A stretch of 64,000 nt of DNA from Candidatus Hydrogenedentota bacterium (GTDB lineage: Bacteria; Hydrogenedentota; Hydrogenedentia; Hydrogenedentales; SLHB01): contig BTVY01000004.1 of the NCBI GenBank assembly GCA_045863335.1, forward strand, positions 32,001-96,000, written 5' to 3'. Below the pieces are notes generated by a model that worked only from the letters and a program-made list of their open reading frames with translations, searched no databases and was not told the origin of the DNA. This document shows, one piece after another, positions 37,100 to 45,952 of the stretch. The position numbers were made by a program, and so were the translations under genes. Position 1 is the stretch's first letter, and the number at the start of each line of letters is the position of its first letter.

Positions 37100-38299
37100 A
37101 TGCTACGTGGAGTTTGCCCAATGTCGCGAGGAAGTATGATCTTTGAACTCCTGATGGGAACGATAGATCTCCGCCAGAATCTCGCACTGTTTTCCGAGCG
37201 ACTTTCGTCGAGTTTCCTAAGCCCACATCCTATCGGGACAGCTACTTGCCTACGAGCGCGAATTTTCGGGACACTTCTAGTGCTCGTAGCGAGCGCTGTT
37301 ACAGCCGAATCCAAATTCCCAGCCAACGAAGTGAGCTCCGGCCCCAGCTTGTTGCTATCTCAGCACGTTCTCGATTTTGGTCCAGTGGATCCGACGGGAA
37401 CCTATGAGAAGAGAATAACACTCATGAATGTGGGTTCAATAATTCTAAACCTCTTGCGCGTGGAGAGTTCATGTTTTTGCACACTCGTGGAGCGAGGGGC
37501 CGAACACATCGAACCATCGGATGCAACTGAATTCATCGTAACTCTCGATCCTCATTTGTACCCAAAGGAAGAAGTCGATACCTACATCATCATCGAATCC
37601 GATGATAGCTTAAGACCCAGACAATACATTGCTGTTCGGGCAAAAATTCAGCCTGAGTTCATTCTCGAACCCGCGGAAATAGACTTTGGTGATCTTCGTG
37701 TGGGTGAGTCTGTGACCAGCACGGTCTACGTTCGTCAAACTGGGGCACAAGTGCTCGAGGAACCGACAGTACGTGCTTCGGATACTATGGAAATTGTTGT
37801 CAAAGACGTGTCCTGTGCGCTGGGCAATGGCATGGGGAACCAAAACGCCCCGCGCGTTTATAGCCTGGACGTCGTTTTTTCGCCAACGGCATCGGCGTCA
37901 TATCTGCGAAATGAAATCGAAATCCTGACGAACTTCAATCGTGTTCCACGGGTGACCCTTCCGTATTACGCCAAAGTTCGCGGACTAACCTACTCTCTCT
38001 CGCGGTCGGTGGTACTTTTCGGCGAGAAGCGTCCCGGCGAATCTCTCGGAGCGTTTGAACTCACTTGCCCTGAGGATACTCTACTGAAAAGCGTTCACAT
38101 TGATGAGTCGGAAGTGGCGTTGCATGAGTCGCAGGTGGAATCCGAGGGCGTAACAACCTACAGAATAGAGATATTTGCGAAACCGTCTGCTGCCATCGGT
38201 GAGAAATCCGGTAAAGTTCACTTAACGCTTACCGACAATGCATTAGTAGAACACACGGAGGTGTCGTACTATGGCCTCCTGCGCCGTGCTGGAGATTAA
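37100..38299 (+). CDS. DUF1573-type Ig-like domain protein
   Basis: LDFGPV...NVGS..LNL..VESSCFCT; IDFGDL. Confidence 0.75.
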   Translation: MLRGVCPMSRGSMIFELLMGTIDLRQNLALFSERLSSSFLSPHPIGTATCLRARIFGTLLVLVASAVTAESKFPANEVSSGPSLLLSQHVLDFGPVDPTGTYEKRITLMNVGSIILNLLRVESSCFCTLVERGAEHIEPSDATEFIVTLDPHLYPKEEVDTYIIIESDDSLRPRQYIAVRAKIQPEFILEPAEIDFGDLRVGESVTSTVYVRQTGAQVLEEPTVRASDTMEIVVKDVSCALGNGMGNQNAPRVYSLDVVFSPTASASYLRNEIEILTNFNRVPRVTLPYYAKVRGLTYSLSRSVVLFGEKRPGESLGAFELTCPEDTLLKSVHIDESEVALHESQVESEGVTTYRIEIFAKPSAAIGEKSGKVHLTLTDNALVEHTEVSYYGLLRRAGD

Positions 38300-38381
38300 G
38301 CCAATCTTACGTCGGATTTGCAGAGCAGCTTAAGCATTGGGAATAAACGAGTTTGGAATTGGATAGATTCGGTTGTAGGGA

Positions 38382-41300
38382 GTGCTCGCCATGATAGTCG
38401 TTCTAAGAAACAAGACTTGGCTTCGATTGGTATCACTATTTACCGTAGCCACATTTCTGCCTTTCGCAGCGGGGGCATGGAATTTCATTCCCAATCAATC
38501 CTATGACGAGAAGTTGGCTTCTACGCCTTCATGGTCCGTTCTACCATGGAAAACAGCCGAGGAGATTTCAAAGGAAGACTTCCGAGAGCTTCCCTGGCAG
38601 ACCTTGGTCCGTGGCAAGTCCAGATCGACAGAGGGTATTCAGCCTCTATCTGAGGACGAACTGGAACGGTACAAGGGTGGGCAGATTCAAGACCGAGCTA
38701 GCATGCTTGATTCCGCAAACGTCCTATACGAATCTGGGCGAGTTGGCGAAGCTTGCATCTCGTACCTGGACATACTGGACAAGCACCCTCGTACGGTCGA
38801 AGCCGTGGAGGCAAATCGCAGGCTCGGCGAAGCCGCCAATCGATTGATGCAGGGCGAGTTAGATTCATCCGAAATAGCACGCTTCGAGGCGGAACTTCCT
38901 ACTTTGGAATCGCTAACCTCTATGGAAGGAAGATACACGCTTGTAGATTTTTACCGGTTCAAGGCAAGGGCAGTATCGGAAGGCGGCGATATCGGTGCCG
39001 GAGAACAATTGTACGCACTTACCCGGAAGGAAGCTGGGGAATTACTCAGGAACTTTCCGGATAACCCTCTACAGATTGACACCGCAATCATCTTCATGGA
39101 GTCCTCCAGGGCTCTTGGCCAAAAAGAAACGACCGAAGCAATCGAATTCCTGGAACGGCTCATATCAGAGTCTGAACCATGCATGAGTGAGTGGGCCGCC
39201 CGTTACGTAGCGGCCGCTCATGCACATACCGAACGCAATGCGCTGGGCAAGTCAGTCGGTCACTACCGGGCGATGATTCAACATGCAAAGCTCGGGTTCA
39301 TTGATGAAGCATTATCCGATCCCGGCGTATACCCTTGGGTGAAAGCGTATCTCGAACTGGCGCTCGCCGATGCGTATCACAATGCAGGTTCGCCTGATGA
39401 AGCATTCTCTCGATATCAGCGGATCGTCCAAAACTATTCCGGCACGGGCGAACCGGTCGAAGAAGCAGCCTACAACGTCGCGTTCTCGATTGGTTTTGGC
39501 CAGGCCCAGCCTTACGAGGGGATTCTAGAGTTTGGAAAGCTCATAGAAAGTGCCCCGGAAAGCATTTTTGCGGGCAAAGCGCTCTGGCAAATCGGTAACT
39601 TGTACCTGGCCGCAGAGGATTACGACGCAGCGTTGCGAACGTTTGGCGACGTAATGGAGAAGTATCCGGAGACCACTCTCGCGATAGCTGCGGAGCGCAG
39701 CTCGGAGTATATCCTCAACAACCTCGTTGGCAGCTACCGGGTGTCCGAAGGTTATGTGCTCGCCGATTCTGGGCTACCAACTGAAATCGAGGGCCAGCTT
39801 TGCGGCCCAATGGCTTTGCGCGCGCTGCTAGACGCAAACGGCATCAACGCATCGGTGGAGGAACTAGCCGTCGCTGCCGGGACGGACGGCGGTGGAACAA
39901 CGATGCTTGGACTTATTCGTGCCGCAGATAGTAAGGGCTTCGGGCTGCAGGGGGTGAAGGTCGCGAATGCGAGCGCGCTTGAGACGCCGTTCATAGCCTT
40001 CGTAAATGGAAATCACTTCGTTCTAGTAACGCAATTGGACAAGGATACGGTCCAATATCTAGACACCGGCACAGAAGCCAGAGTTGTGTCCCAGGCCGAA
40101 TTCGCACAAATGTGGCAGGGCCACGCCTTAACGAATGTAGGCTCAGGACTGTACGAATCCGCAATGAACACCGGCCAATTGACGGGCGCAAAGGGAGGTT
40201 CCGGGGGTGGCGGCGGCATCACTCTCAGCCCACCGGACTGTCCTAATGGCTTCATGCCTCCGTGCGGGGGAGGACCTCTTGGGGGCGGAGGCGGGGGCGC
40301 AGGCGATGTTCCGCCCAACAACGATTGCGGCGCGGATGGAGGAGATTCTTCAGGCTCACCTGGTGGCTCCAGTGGTGGTTCCGGCGGTGGCGGTGGTTCC
40401 GGCGGTGGCGGTGGTTCCGGCGGTGGCGGTGGCTCCGGCGGTGGCGGTGGTTCCGGCGGTGGCGGTGGCTCCAATCCCGGAAACGGGCCAAATGGGATAG
40501 GCGGTACCTTAGGCATTGGTTTGGGTAATGCTGGATCGGGACAGTTGGATGTTGGTCCCGGTAGCGGAAATGGACTTGGGGGTTTTGCAGCCTTCGGCGC
40601 GATTCCTTGGGGTGGCCATCCTGGTGAAATTTATATGGGCGGCGAAGGTAGCCACGGCAGCGGTCCACAACCCGGCGGTAGGGGGATGCCGCGGATACAA
40701 GGATTCCAGGGAGCCCAATATATGGTGAGCACCGATCTTGCCATCGATATCCGTGGACCCATGCATATCAAATTCCAACGCGGCTATCATAACCGGTGGG
40801 GAAAGCGCCGTTGGGAATACGTCCACAATTCCGAAGTCTGGAGTAACAATATCGGTCGATCGTGGACCCATAGCCTGAACATGTTCATTTCCGTCTCTAC
40901 GTCTACGCAGGGCGGAAAGCCGGACCACGTGATCTTCTATGATTCGGCCGGCAATCACAACTTTTACTACTATTCAAGCTCAACACTCGGTGCTGATCTT
41001 TACGAACCCAGCACAAAAAACCCTACGGATGATCAAGCCAATTACATCATCCGAAATTCTACAACGGATAGTTACACCCTCCATTTACCCCACGGAATGC
41101 AGTATGCCTTCGGTTCCCCGAGCTATTATATCGCGAGGATCGACACGGCGACTGATGTGTCGGGTAACGTGATATCGTTCGATTACGACAGTGGGGGCCA
41201 TCTAACGAAAGTTTACGGACCTTCGCCCGACACTCGATATATGTTCTTCGAGTATTCCGGCAATCAGATCACGAAGGCATCCATTAAGGACGGAACCGCG

Positions 41301-44300
41301 ACGTTGCTGAGTACGCAATATCAATACGACGCCAACTATGATCTGACGAAAGTAATTGACGTTGATGGCTCAGACATCGAATATACCTATGGAAACGACA
41401 GCCGGGATGTGGACACCGCATACATCGCTTCGTTTACGGACAAAGAAGACCGGACAACGACGTACAGTTATCTATACGATTACCATCCAGACGGTTGGGG
41501 TCTGCACCCCTACATCATCACCATCAACTATCCTGACGGTATCCAGGAGGTAATCAATCGCACACAGGGATCCGGTTATAACCGAGCGTCGGACACAGTT
41601 CAATACCAGGGTACGCTCCTGAGCAAGATCGAGATCATACCAGGACCGCAAGGGTACTACCCCCAGTTTGTGCGAATCTACACCGGCCAAGGGTTGGCGT
41701 ATGAAGAGTGGGAATTTGAGTACCACGACAACCTGAACGACAACAATACCGAAAACGACCGTGACTTAAAAGCGATTATCGATCCCCGAGGAGTTCGTGT
41801 AAACGAGTTCACTTGGACTTCGGACGGTCGCTTGGCAAGCATTAGATTTCCTGGCCAGCCCGCTTCGACGTTCGAGTATGCTACAAGTGGCCTGCACGCG
41901 ACCAAGGTCAATCATCCGGATGGGGCCTCGTCCTATTACTACTACGATTCTCAAGATAGACTCACAAAAGAAGTCTTGCCTTGGAGCGGTTCGAACGGTT
42001 ACCAGAGAACTTTCGATTCGTACGGGCAATTGACGTCTCTTGTGAATCCTCTATCCAACTCCACAACATATGCCTATGACTCTATCGGGAAAATCACCAG
42101 CGTGAAGACCGCGCTCAATGATGAGTGGCTCCTTGAATATGATGCATTGGGACATCTTACAAAACGCACGTCCCCCTTATCGCAAGTCCAACAGTTCTAT
42201 TATGCAAGCGGAGGTTGCGGCGGCTGCGGCGGGGGTGGTCTCCTAACGAAGGTCACGGACGCGGACAGTAACGACACGTTGTTTGCGTACGATGTTGTGG
42301 GTAATGTCACGAAGATTACTGCCGCGACTTTACAGGCGACGGATTTCTTTTACGATATCAATGACCGGCTCACCAAGATCACGACGCCGTCGGGAAGCGC
42401 GAACGACATGACGTTCGCGTACGATCGCTTAGGACGGTTGACGAGTCTTACGGATTTGAACGGGAAGACCGCTTCCTCTACGTACAATCATCGCGACCAA
42501 GTGCTTACGGTGAGCGACGCCGTGGGAACGGTTACATTTACGTATGACTCATCGGGGAACCTGTCCACTGTCACGGATGCATTGAGTCATACGTGGGATT
42601 ACGACTACGATGGAAACAGCTATCTCACATCCGTTACAGACCCCGTGGCCAAGTATGTCAAGTATTTCTATGACGGTTATGGGCGGTTGACCAAGGTTGG
42701 GGCCGGTTCGAGTGGGAGCTTCGACCCAACAGAGTATTTCTACAACTCGTCCACTGGTGTCATGACGAAGGTGCGGTATACGAGCGGTGCGCAGTCACAC
42801 GAGGCGACATACGAGTTTGACAACATGCTACGTGTTACGCGGCTCAAGGACTGGATCGACGCGACGAACGGCATCCAGTACGCGTACGACGCGGCGAACC
42901 GGCTGACGCGGATTACGGATTACGACAGCTCTACTCTGGATTACGCATATGACGCCGCCGGCCGGGTAACGTCTCAGAACGACTATCACAGCAACACGAC
43001 GACATATACGTATACCGTGCGCAATCAACTTAGTACGATCACGGCGCCGGGCAGCAAGGTCTGGGATTTCGATTACAACACGCTCGGCCAGCCGACGGGA
43101 TATGCCCATCCCAACGGGGTCACCACGGCGTACGAATACGATTCGCGGCACCGGATGACGAAGATCGCGCATATGAACGGACAGACGACGCTCGATAGCT
43201 TTGACTACGCGTTAGACACGGGCAGCCTGATCTCGAGCGTGACCCACGCGGATAGCTCCTTTTGGGACTACGCCTATGACGATCGCTATCGCCTCACCAG
43301 CGCCGTACGCAGCAACGCCAACGAGACCATTGAGGCCACGTATGCCTACACCTACGATGCGGGCGACAACCTGCTCACAAAGGTCGAGCCCTTCGAGGAC
43401 GATTTCAATGATGGGAATTACACGGGCTGGTCGGTGTGGTCCGGGTCGTGGAGCGCGGCGAACAATTATCTCCGGATGACGCCGGGGTCGGCGGGGACCA
43501 TCGCGCAGAATGCGAATACGGATAACGATCTGGAATTGCGTTTCTCCTACGTCTGCAACGACACGAGCAACAGCGGGTACACGTTGACGGTGAGTCCGCG
43601 CTACGCATCGAATGGGGACCGCATCTATCTAAACATCCTGCCGGGGTCGGTGAACCTGGCGCAGCGCGTGGGCGGCGTGTGGTCGTCGCTGGACTCCCAG
43701 GCTCTCACCAGCACGCAGGGCGTCGAGTACACCATCCGCGTCGTGTGCGACGGGTCGGACGTGCAGGTCTTCCGGACCGCTCCCGGCGAACTCGAACAGG
43801 AGGTCCTCTCCACCTCCAGTTGCACCGTTGCGAGCACGAACTACATCTCCTTCACCCCCAGCCTGAACGCCGACTACAGCATCGACAACATCCGCATCCT
43901 CTCCGACGACCTCAGCAACACGACCACCTTCGCCGTCAACAACGCCAACGAACTCACCTCCATGACGGACTACAACGGCTCCACCACCTTCGCCTTCGAC
44001 GCCTGGGGCCGCATGACCTCGAAGGCGCGTGGCAGTTATTCGGCGACGTATGGTTACAAGTACGGCCAGATGTTGTGTAATGTGGCTAGCAACTGGCCGA
44101 GCGAAGGGGATGTGACGTACAATTACGGCGGCAACCTGCAACGGCGGGAACGGACCGTGGATAGTACGACGGTCAGGTACAACTGGAATGGAGGCTTTGG
44201 CCTCATCAGCGAGGAAGACGACTCTGGAAATCTGACGCGCACCTACACCGGCCGTCTTGCGGACGTGAACGGGAGCAACCCGGCTACGGGAACAAGCCGG

Positions 44301-44945
44301 TACTACCATGGTGACAATCTTGGCTCCGCCCGGCGAGTTACGGATGGTTCGGCAGCAACATTGGCCGCCAACGAATACACGCCGTACGGCTCTAGCTTTC
44401 AGTCTTTCGGCTCGGCGTCAACATGGGCCTATGGCATGTTAGCAGACGATTGGCCTTCCGGGACACTATTCGCGCCTTTCCGGAATTACCTACCGGAGAC
44501 TGGACGTTGGTCGTGCCAAGATCCGCTCGATATGATTGACGGCACAAATATGTTCGCGTATGTGCAGGGGAACCCAATCAACGCTGTCGATCCCCTGGGG
44601 CTTGGTCTCTTCAGATATTTGTCTTGCATGTTATTCGGTACGCCACCAAACAGCAAGAGTCCGCCTGATGGCGTCCTTAATCCTTTCTCGCCACAATTGA
44701 TGGGCCCCGAGGCAGAAGGTGCATACCAAGTCGCCAAACGGAGTATGAACGTCGGTAAGAAAGCGACCGGCAGAGCAGCGGCACTTATGGTAGGCAAGGC
44801 CATGGCCCGATATGTTGCATGGCCTGTTAGTGCTGCCGTTACGGCGGCTTCTCACGTTGGTTGTGATGAATCACTAGAGGATCAGCCAATGGCGGGAATC
44901 GTTCGTATTGATTTTGGAGAGTACCTGGGTCTCCTAGGGGGTTAA
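38382..44945 (+). CDS. Rhs/YD-repeat protein with N-terminal TPR and C39 peptidase domains
   Basis: Signal-like N-terminus, TPRs, QLCGPMAL...NHFVLV...YLD, YD repeats, Rhs core end NPINAVDPLGL, ~115-aa tip. Confidence 0.9.
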   Translation: MLAMIVVLRNKTWLRLVSLFTVATFLPFAAGAWNFIPNQSYDEKLASTPSWSVLPWKTAEEISKEDFRELPWQTLVRGKSRSTEGIQPLSEDELERYKGGQIQDRASMLDSANVLYESGRVGEACISYLDILDKHPRTVEAVEANRRLGEAANRLMQGELDSSEIARFEAELPTLESLTSMEGRYTLVDFYRFKARAVSEGGDIGAGEQLYALTRKEAGELLRNFPDNPLQIDTAIIFMESSRALGQKETTEAIEFLERLISESEPCMSEWAARYVAAAHAHTERNALGKSVGHYRAMIQHAKLGFIDEALSDPGVYPWVKAYLELALADAYHNAGSPDEAFSRYQRIVQNYSGTGEPVEEAAYNVAFSIGFGQAQPYEGILEFGKLIESAPESIFAGKALWQIGNLYLAAEDYDAALRTFGDVMEKYPETTLAIAAERSSEYILNNLVGSYRVSEGYVLADSGLPTEIEGQLCGPMALRALLDANGINASVEELAVAAGTDGGGTTMLGLIRAADSKGFGLQGVKVANASALETPFIAFVNGNHFVLVTQLDKDTVQYLDTGTEARVVSQAEFAQMWQGHALTNVGSGLYESAMNTGQLTGAKGGSGGGGGITLSPPDCPNGFMPPCGGGPLGGGGGGAGDVPPNNDCGADGGDSSGSPGGSSGGSGGGGGSGGGGGSGGGGGSGGGGGSGGGGGSNPGNGPNGIGGTLGIGLGNAGSGQLDVGPGSGNGLGGFAAFGAIPWGGHPGEIYMGGEGSHGSGPQPGGRGMPRIQGFQGAQYMVSTDLAIDIRGPMHIKFQRGYHNRWGKRRWEYVHNSEVWSNNIGRSWTHSLNMFISVSTSTQGGKPDHVIFYDSAGNHNFYYYSSSTLGADLYEPSTKNPTDDQANYIIRNSTTDSYTLHLPHGMQYAFGSPSYYIARIDTATDVSGNVISFDYDSGGHLTKVYGPSPDTRYMFFEYSGNQITKASIKDGTATLLSTQYQYDANYDLTKVIDVDGSDIEYTYGNDSRDVDTAYIASFTDKEDRTTTYSYLYDYHPDGWGLHPYIITINYPDGIQEVINRTQGSGYNRASDTVQYQGTLLSKIEIIPGPQGYYPQFVRIYTGQGLAYEEWEFEYHDNLNDNNTENDRDLKAIIDPRGVRVNEFTWTSDGRLASIRFPGQPASTFEYATSGLHATKVNHPDGASSYYYYDSQDRLTKEVLPWSGSNGYQRTFDSYGQLTSLVNPLSNSTTYAYDSIGKITSVKTALNDEWLLEYDALGHLTKRTSPLSQVQQFYYASGGCGGCGGGGLLTKVTDADSNDTLFAYDVVGNVTKITAATLQATDFFYDINDRLTKITTPSGSANDMTFAYDRLGRLTSLTDLNGKTASSTYNHRDQVLTVSDAVGTVTFTYDSSGNLSTVTDALSHTWDYDYDGNSYLTSVTDPVAKYVKYFYDGYGRLTKVGAGSSGSFDPTEYFYNSSTGVMTKVRYTSGAQSHEATYEFDNMLRVTRLKDWIDATNGIQYAYDAANRLTRITDYDSSTLDYAYDAAGRVTSQNDYHSNTTTYTYTVRNQLSTITAPGSKVWDFDYNTLGQPTGYAHPNGVTTAYEYDSRHRMTKIAHMNGQTTLDSFDYALDTGSLISSVTHADSSFWDYAYDDRYRLTSAVRSNANETIEATYAYTYDAGDNLLTKVEPFEDDFNDGNYTGWSVWSGSWSAANNYLRMTPGSAGTIAQNANTDNDLELRFSYVCNDTSNSGYTLTVSPRYASNGDRIYLNILPGSVNLAQRVGGVWSSLDSQALTSTQGVEYTIRVVCDGSDVQVFRTAPGELEQEVLSTSSCTVASTNYISFTPSLNADYSIDNIRILSDDLSNTTTFAVNNANELTSMTDYNGSTTFAFDAWGRMTSKARGSYSATYGYKYGQMLCNVASNWPSEGDVTYNYGGNLQRRERTVDSTTVRYNWNGGFGLISEEDDSGNLTRTYTGRLADVNGSNPATGTSRYYHGDNLGSARRVTDGSAATLAANEYTPYGSSFQSFGSASTWAYGMLADDWPSGTLFAPFRNYLPETGRWSCQDPLDMIDGTNMFAYVQGNPINAVDPLGLGLFRYLSCMLFGTPPNSKSPPDGVLNPFSPQLMGPEAEGAYQVAKRSMNVGKKATGRAAALMVGKAMARYVAWPVSAAVTAASHVGCDESLEDQPMAGIVRIDFGEYLGLLGG
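40373..40472 (+). repeat. 18-bp tandem repeat encoding a (GGGGGS)n linker
   Basis: About 5 copies of GGCGGTGGCGGTGG(T/C)TCC. Confidence 0.85.
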
Positions 44946-45023
44946 AACTGCTGTAGATTGGAAATGCAAATGCGTATGTTGATTGAAGGCGTGTCGAGAT
45001 AACCTTACACAGCACGAGGTAGA

Positions 45024-45497
45024 GTGGCTAGAGAGAATCTCAATCCTGATGTGCTAGCGAACCCGTTCGAGCGTACGCGCATGATCTGGGTTTGGATTCT
45101 TACGTCCGTCACCGTCGTGGAGGTTTTGCGTGTTTGGGCGAGCTTCCAGGCCGTTCCTGCCAACCAAACGTCGAGCGACCGCGCTTCGTTCGTGACAGAT
45201 ATGATGAGTTTTCTAACGTGGGGCGGTACCCTGTTTGCAATGGTGGCGGTGACGGTCATTCTGGTCTTCGCAGTGCGGGTGATTGTTCATCCCAGTACGC
45301 TAATACTTGGAAGAATTGCACTGCTATGTGTTCTAGTAGCTCTTGGCGGCGAGTTTCCTGCGTTCTTCCTCCGCGACGCTATTGGCATATCGATGGTATT
45401 GGATTTGGTGCGACTATTTGCGGGTTTGTTGGGCTTGGCAGCGGCGAAGTTTTCGCATTCAGTGTCCAATTCAGATCACCTAACATCCGAGAGTTGA
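45024..45497 (+). CDS. Four-TM membrane protein, putative Rhs immunity protein
   Basis: Immediately downstream of Rhs; four hydrophobic helices. Confidence 0.55.
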   Translation: MARENLNPDVLANPFERTRMIWVWILTSVTVVEVLRVWASFQAVPANQTSSDRASFVTDMMSFLTWGGTLFAMVAVTVILVFAVRVIVHPSTLILGRIALLCVLVALGGEFPAFFLRDAIGISMVLDLVRLFAGLLGLAAAKFSHSVSNSDHLTSES

Positions 45498-45952
45498 CTG
45501 CGTTACTGTGTCCGGTAAGCCCGGGTTAACATGAGTACAGAATTAGAGACGTGAAGCGCAACGAATAGATGATTGCTGGCGTGAGTCGATGGGTGATATT
45601 GGTCTCGCGGTATTCGTTCAGTGCGACGACGAGGTTTGGACGGTGGCGTGGTACACCGCGGATACGAGCACGTTCGTCACAAACTCTTTCTGTGGCGGTT
45701 TGGCGCTGGTGACCGGGCATCACGGATAAGGGTGGTGCGCCCCTGACCAGTGTGTGCATAGCTAGTACTGGGTCCGTTGACTTTGCGAGTTTATGAAGTG
45801 CGGATTTGGAGAATCCCAATCGGTTCGGGACTATTGATGGTTTGAGTGATGCCGCGCTCGTCGAGCGAGGCAGTACGAATGGGATTCAGGCCTTCGGTGT
45901 GGCGCGTCCGCATTCGAAGGTTACGCCAAAGGCCGAAGCGAGCGTGCTTCGC

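Noticed and set aside
40013-40668. Pro-rich and Arg/His-rich ORFs
   Set aside because: Alternative-frame readings of the (GGGGGS)n linker repeat in Rhs.
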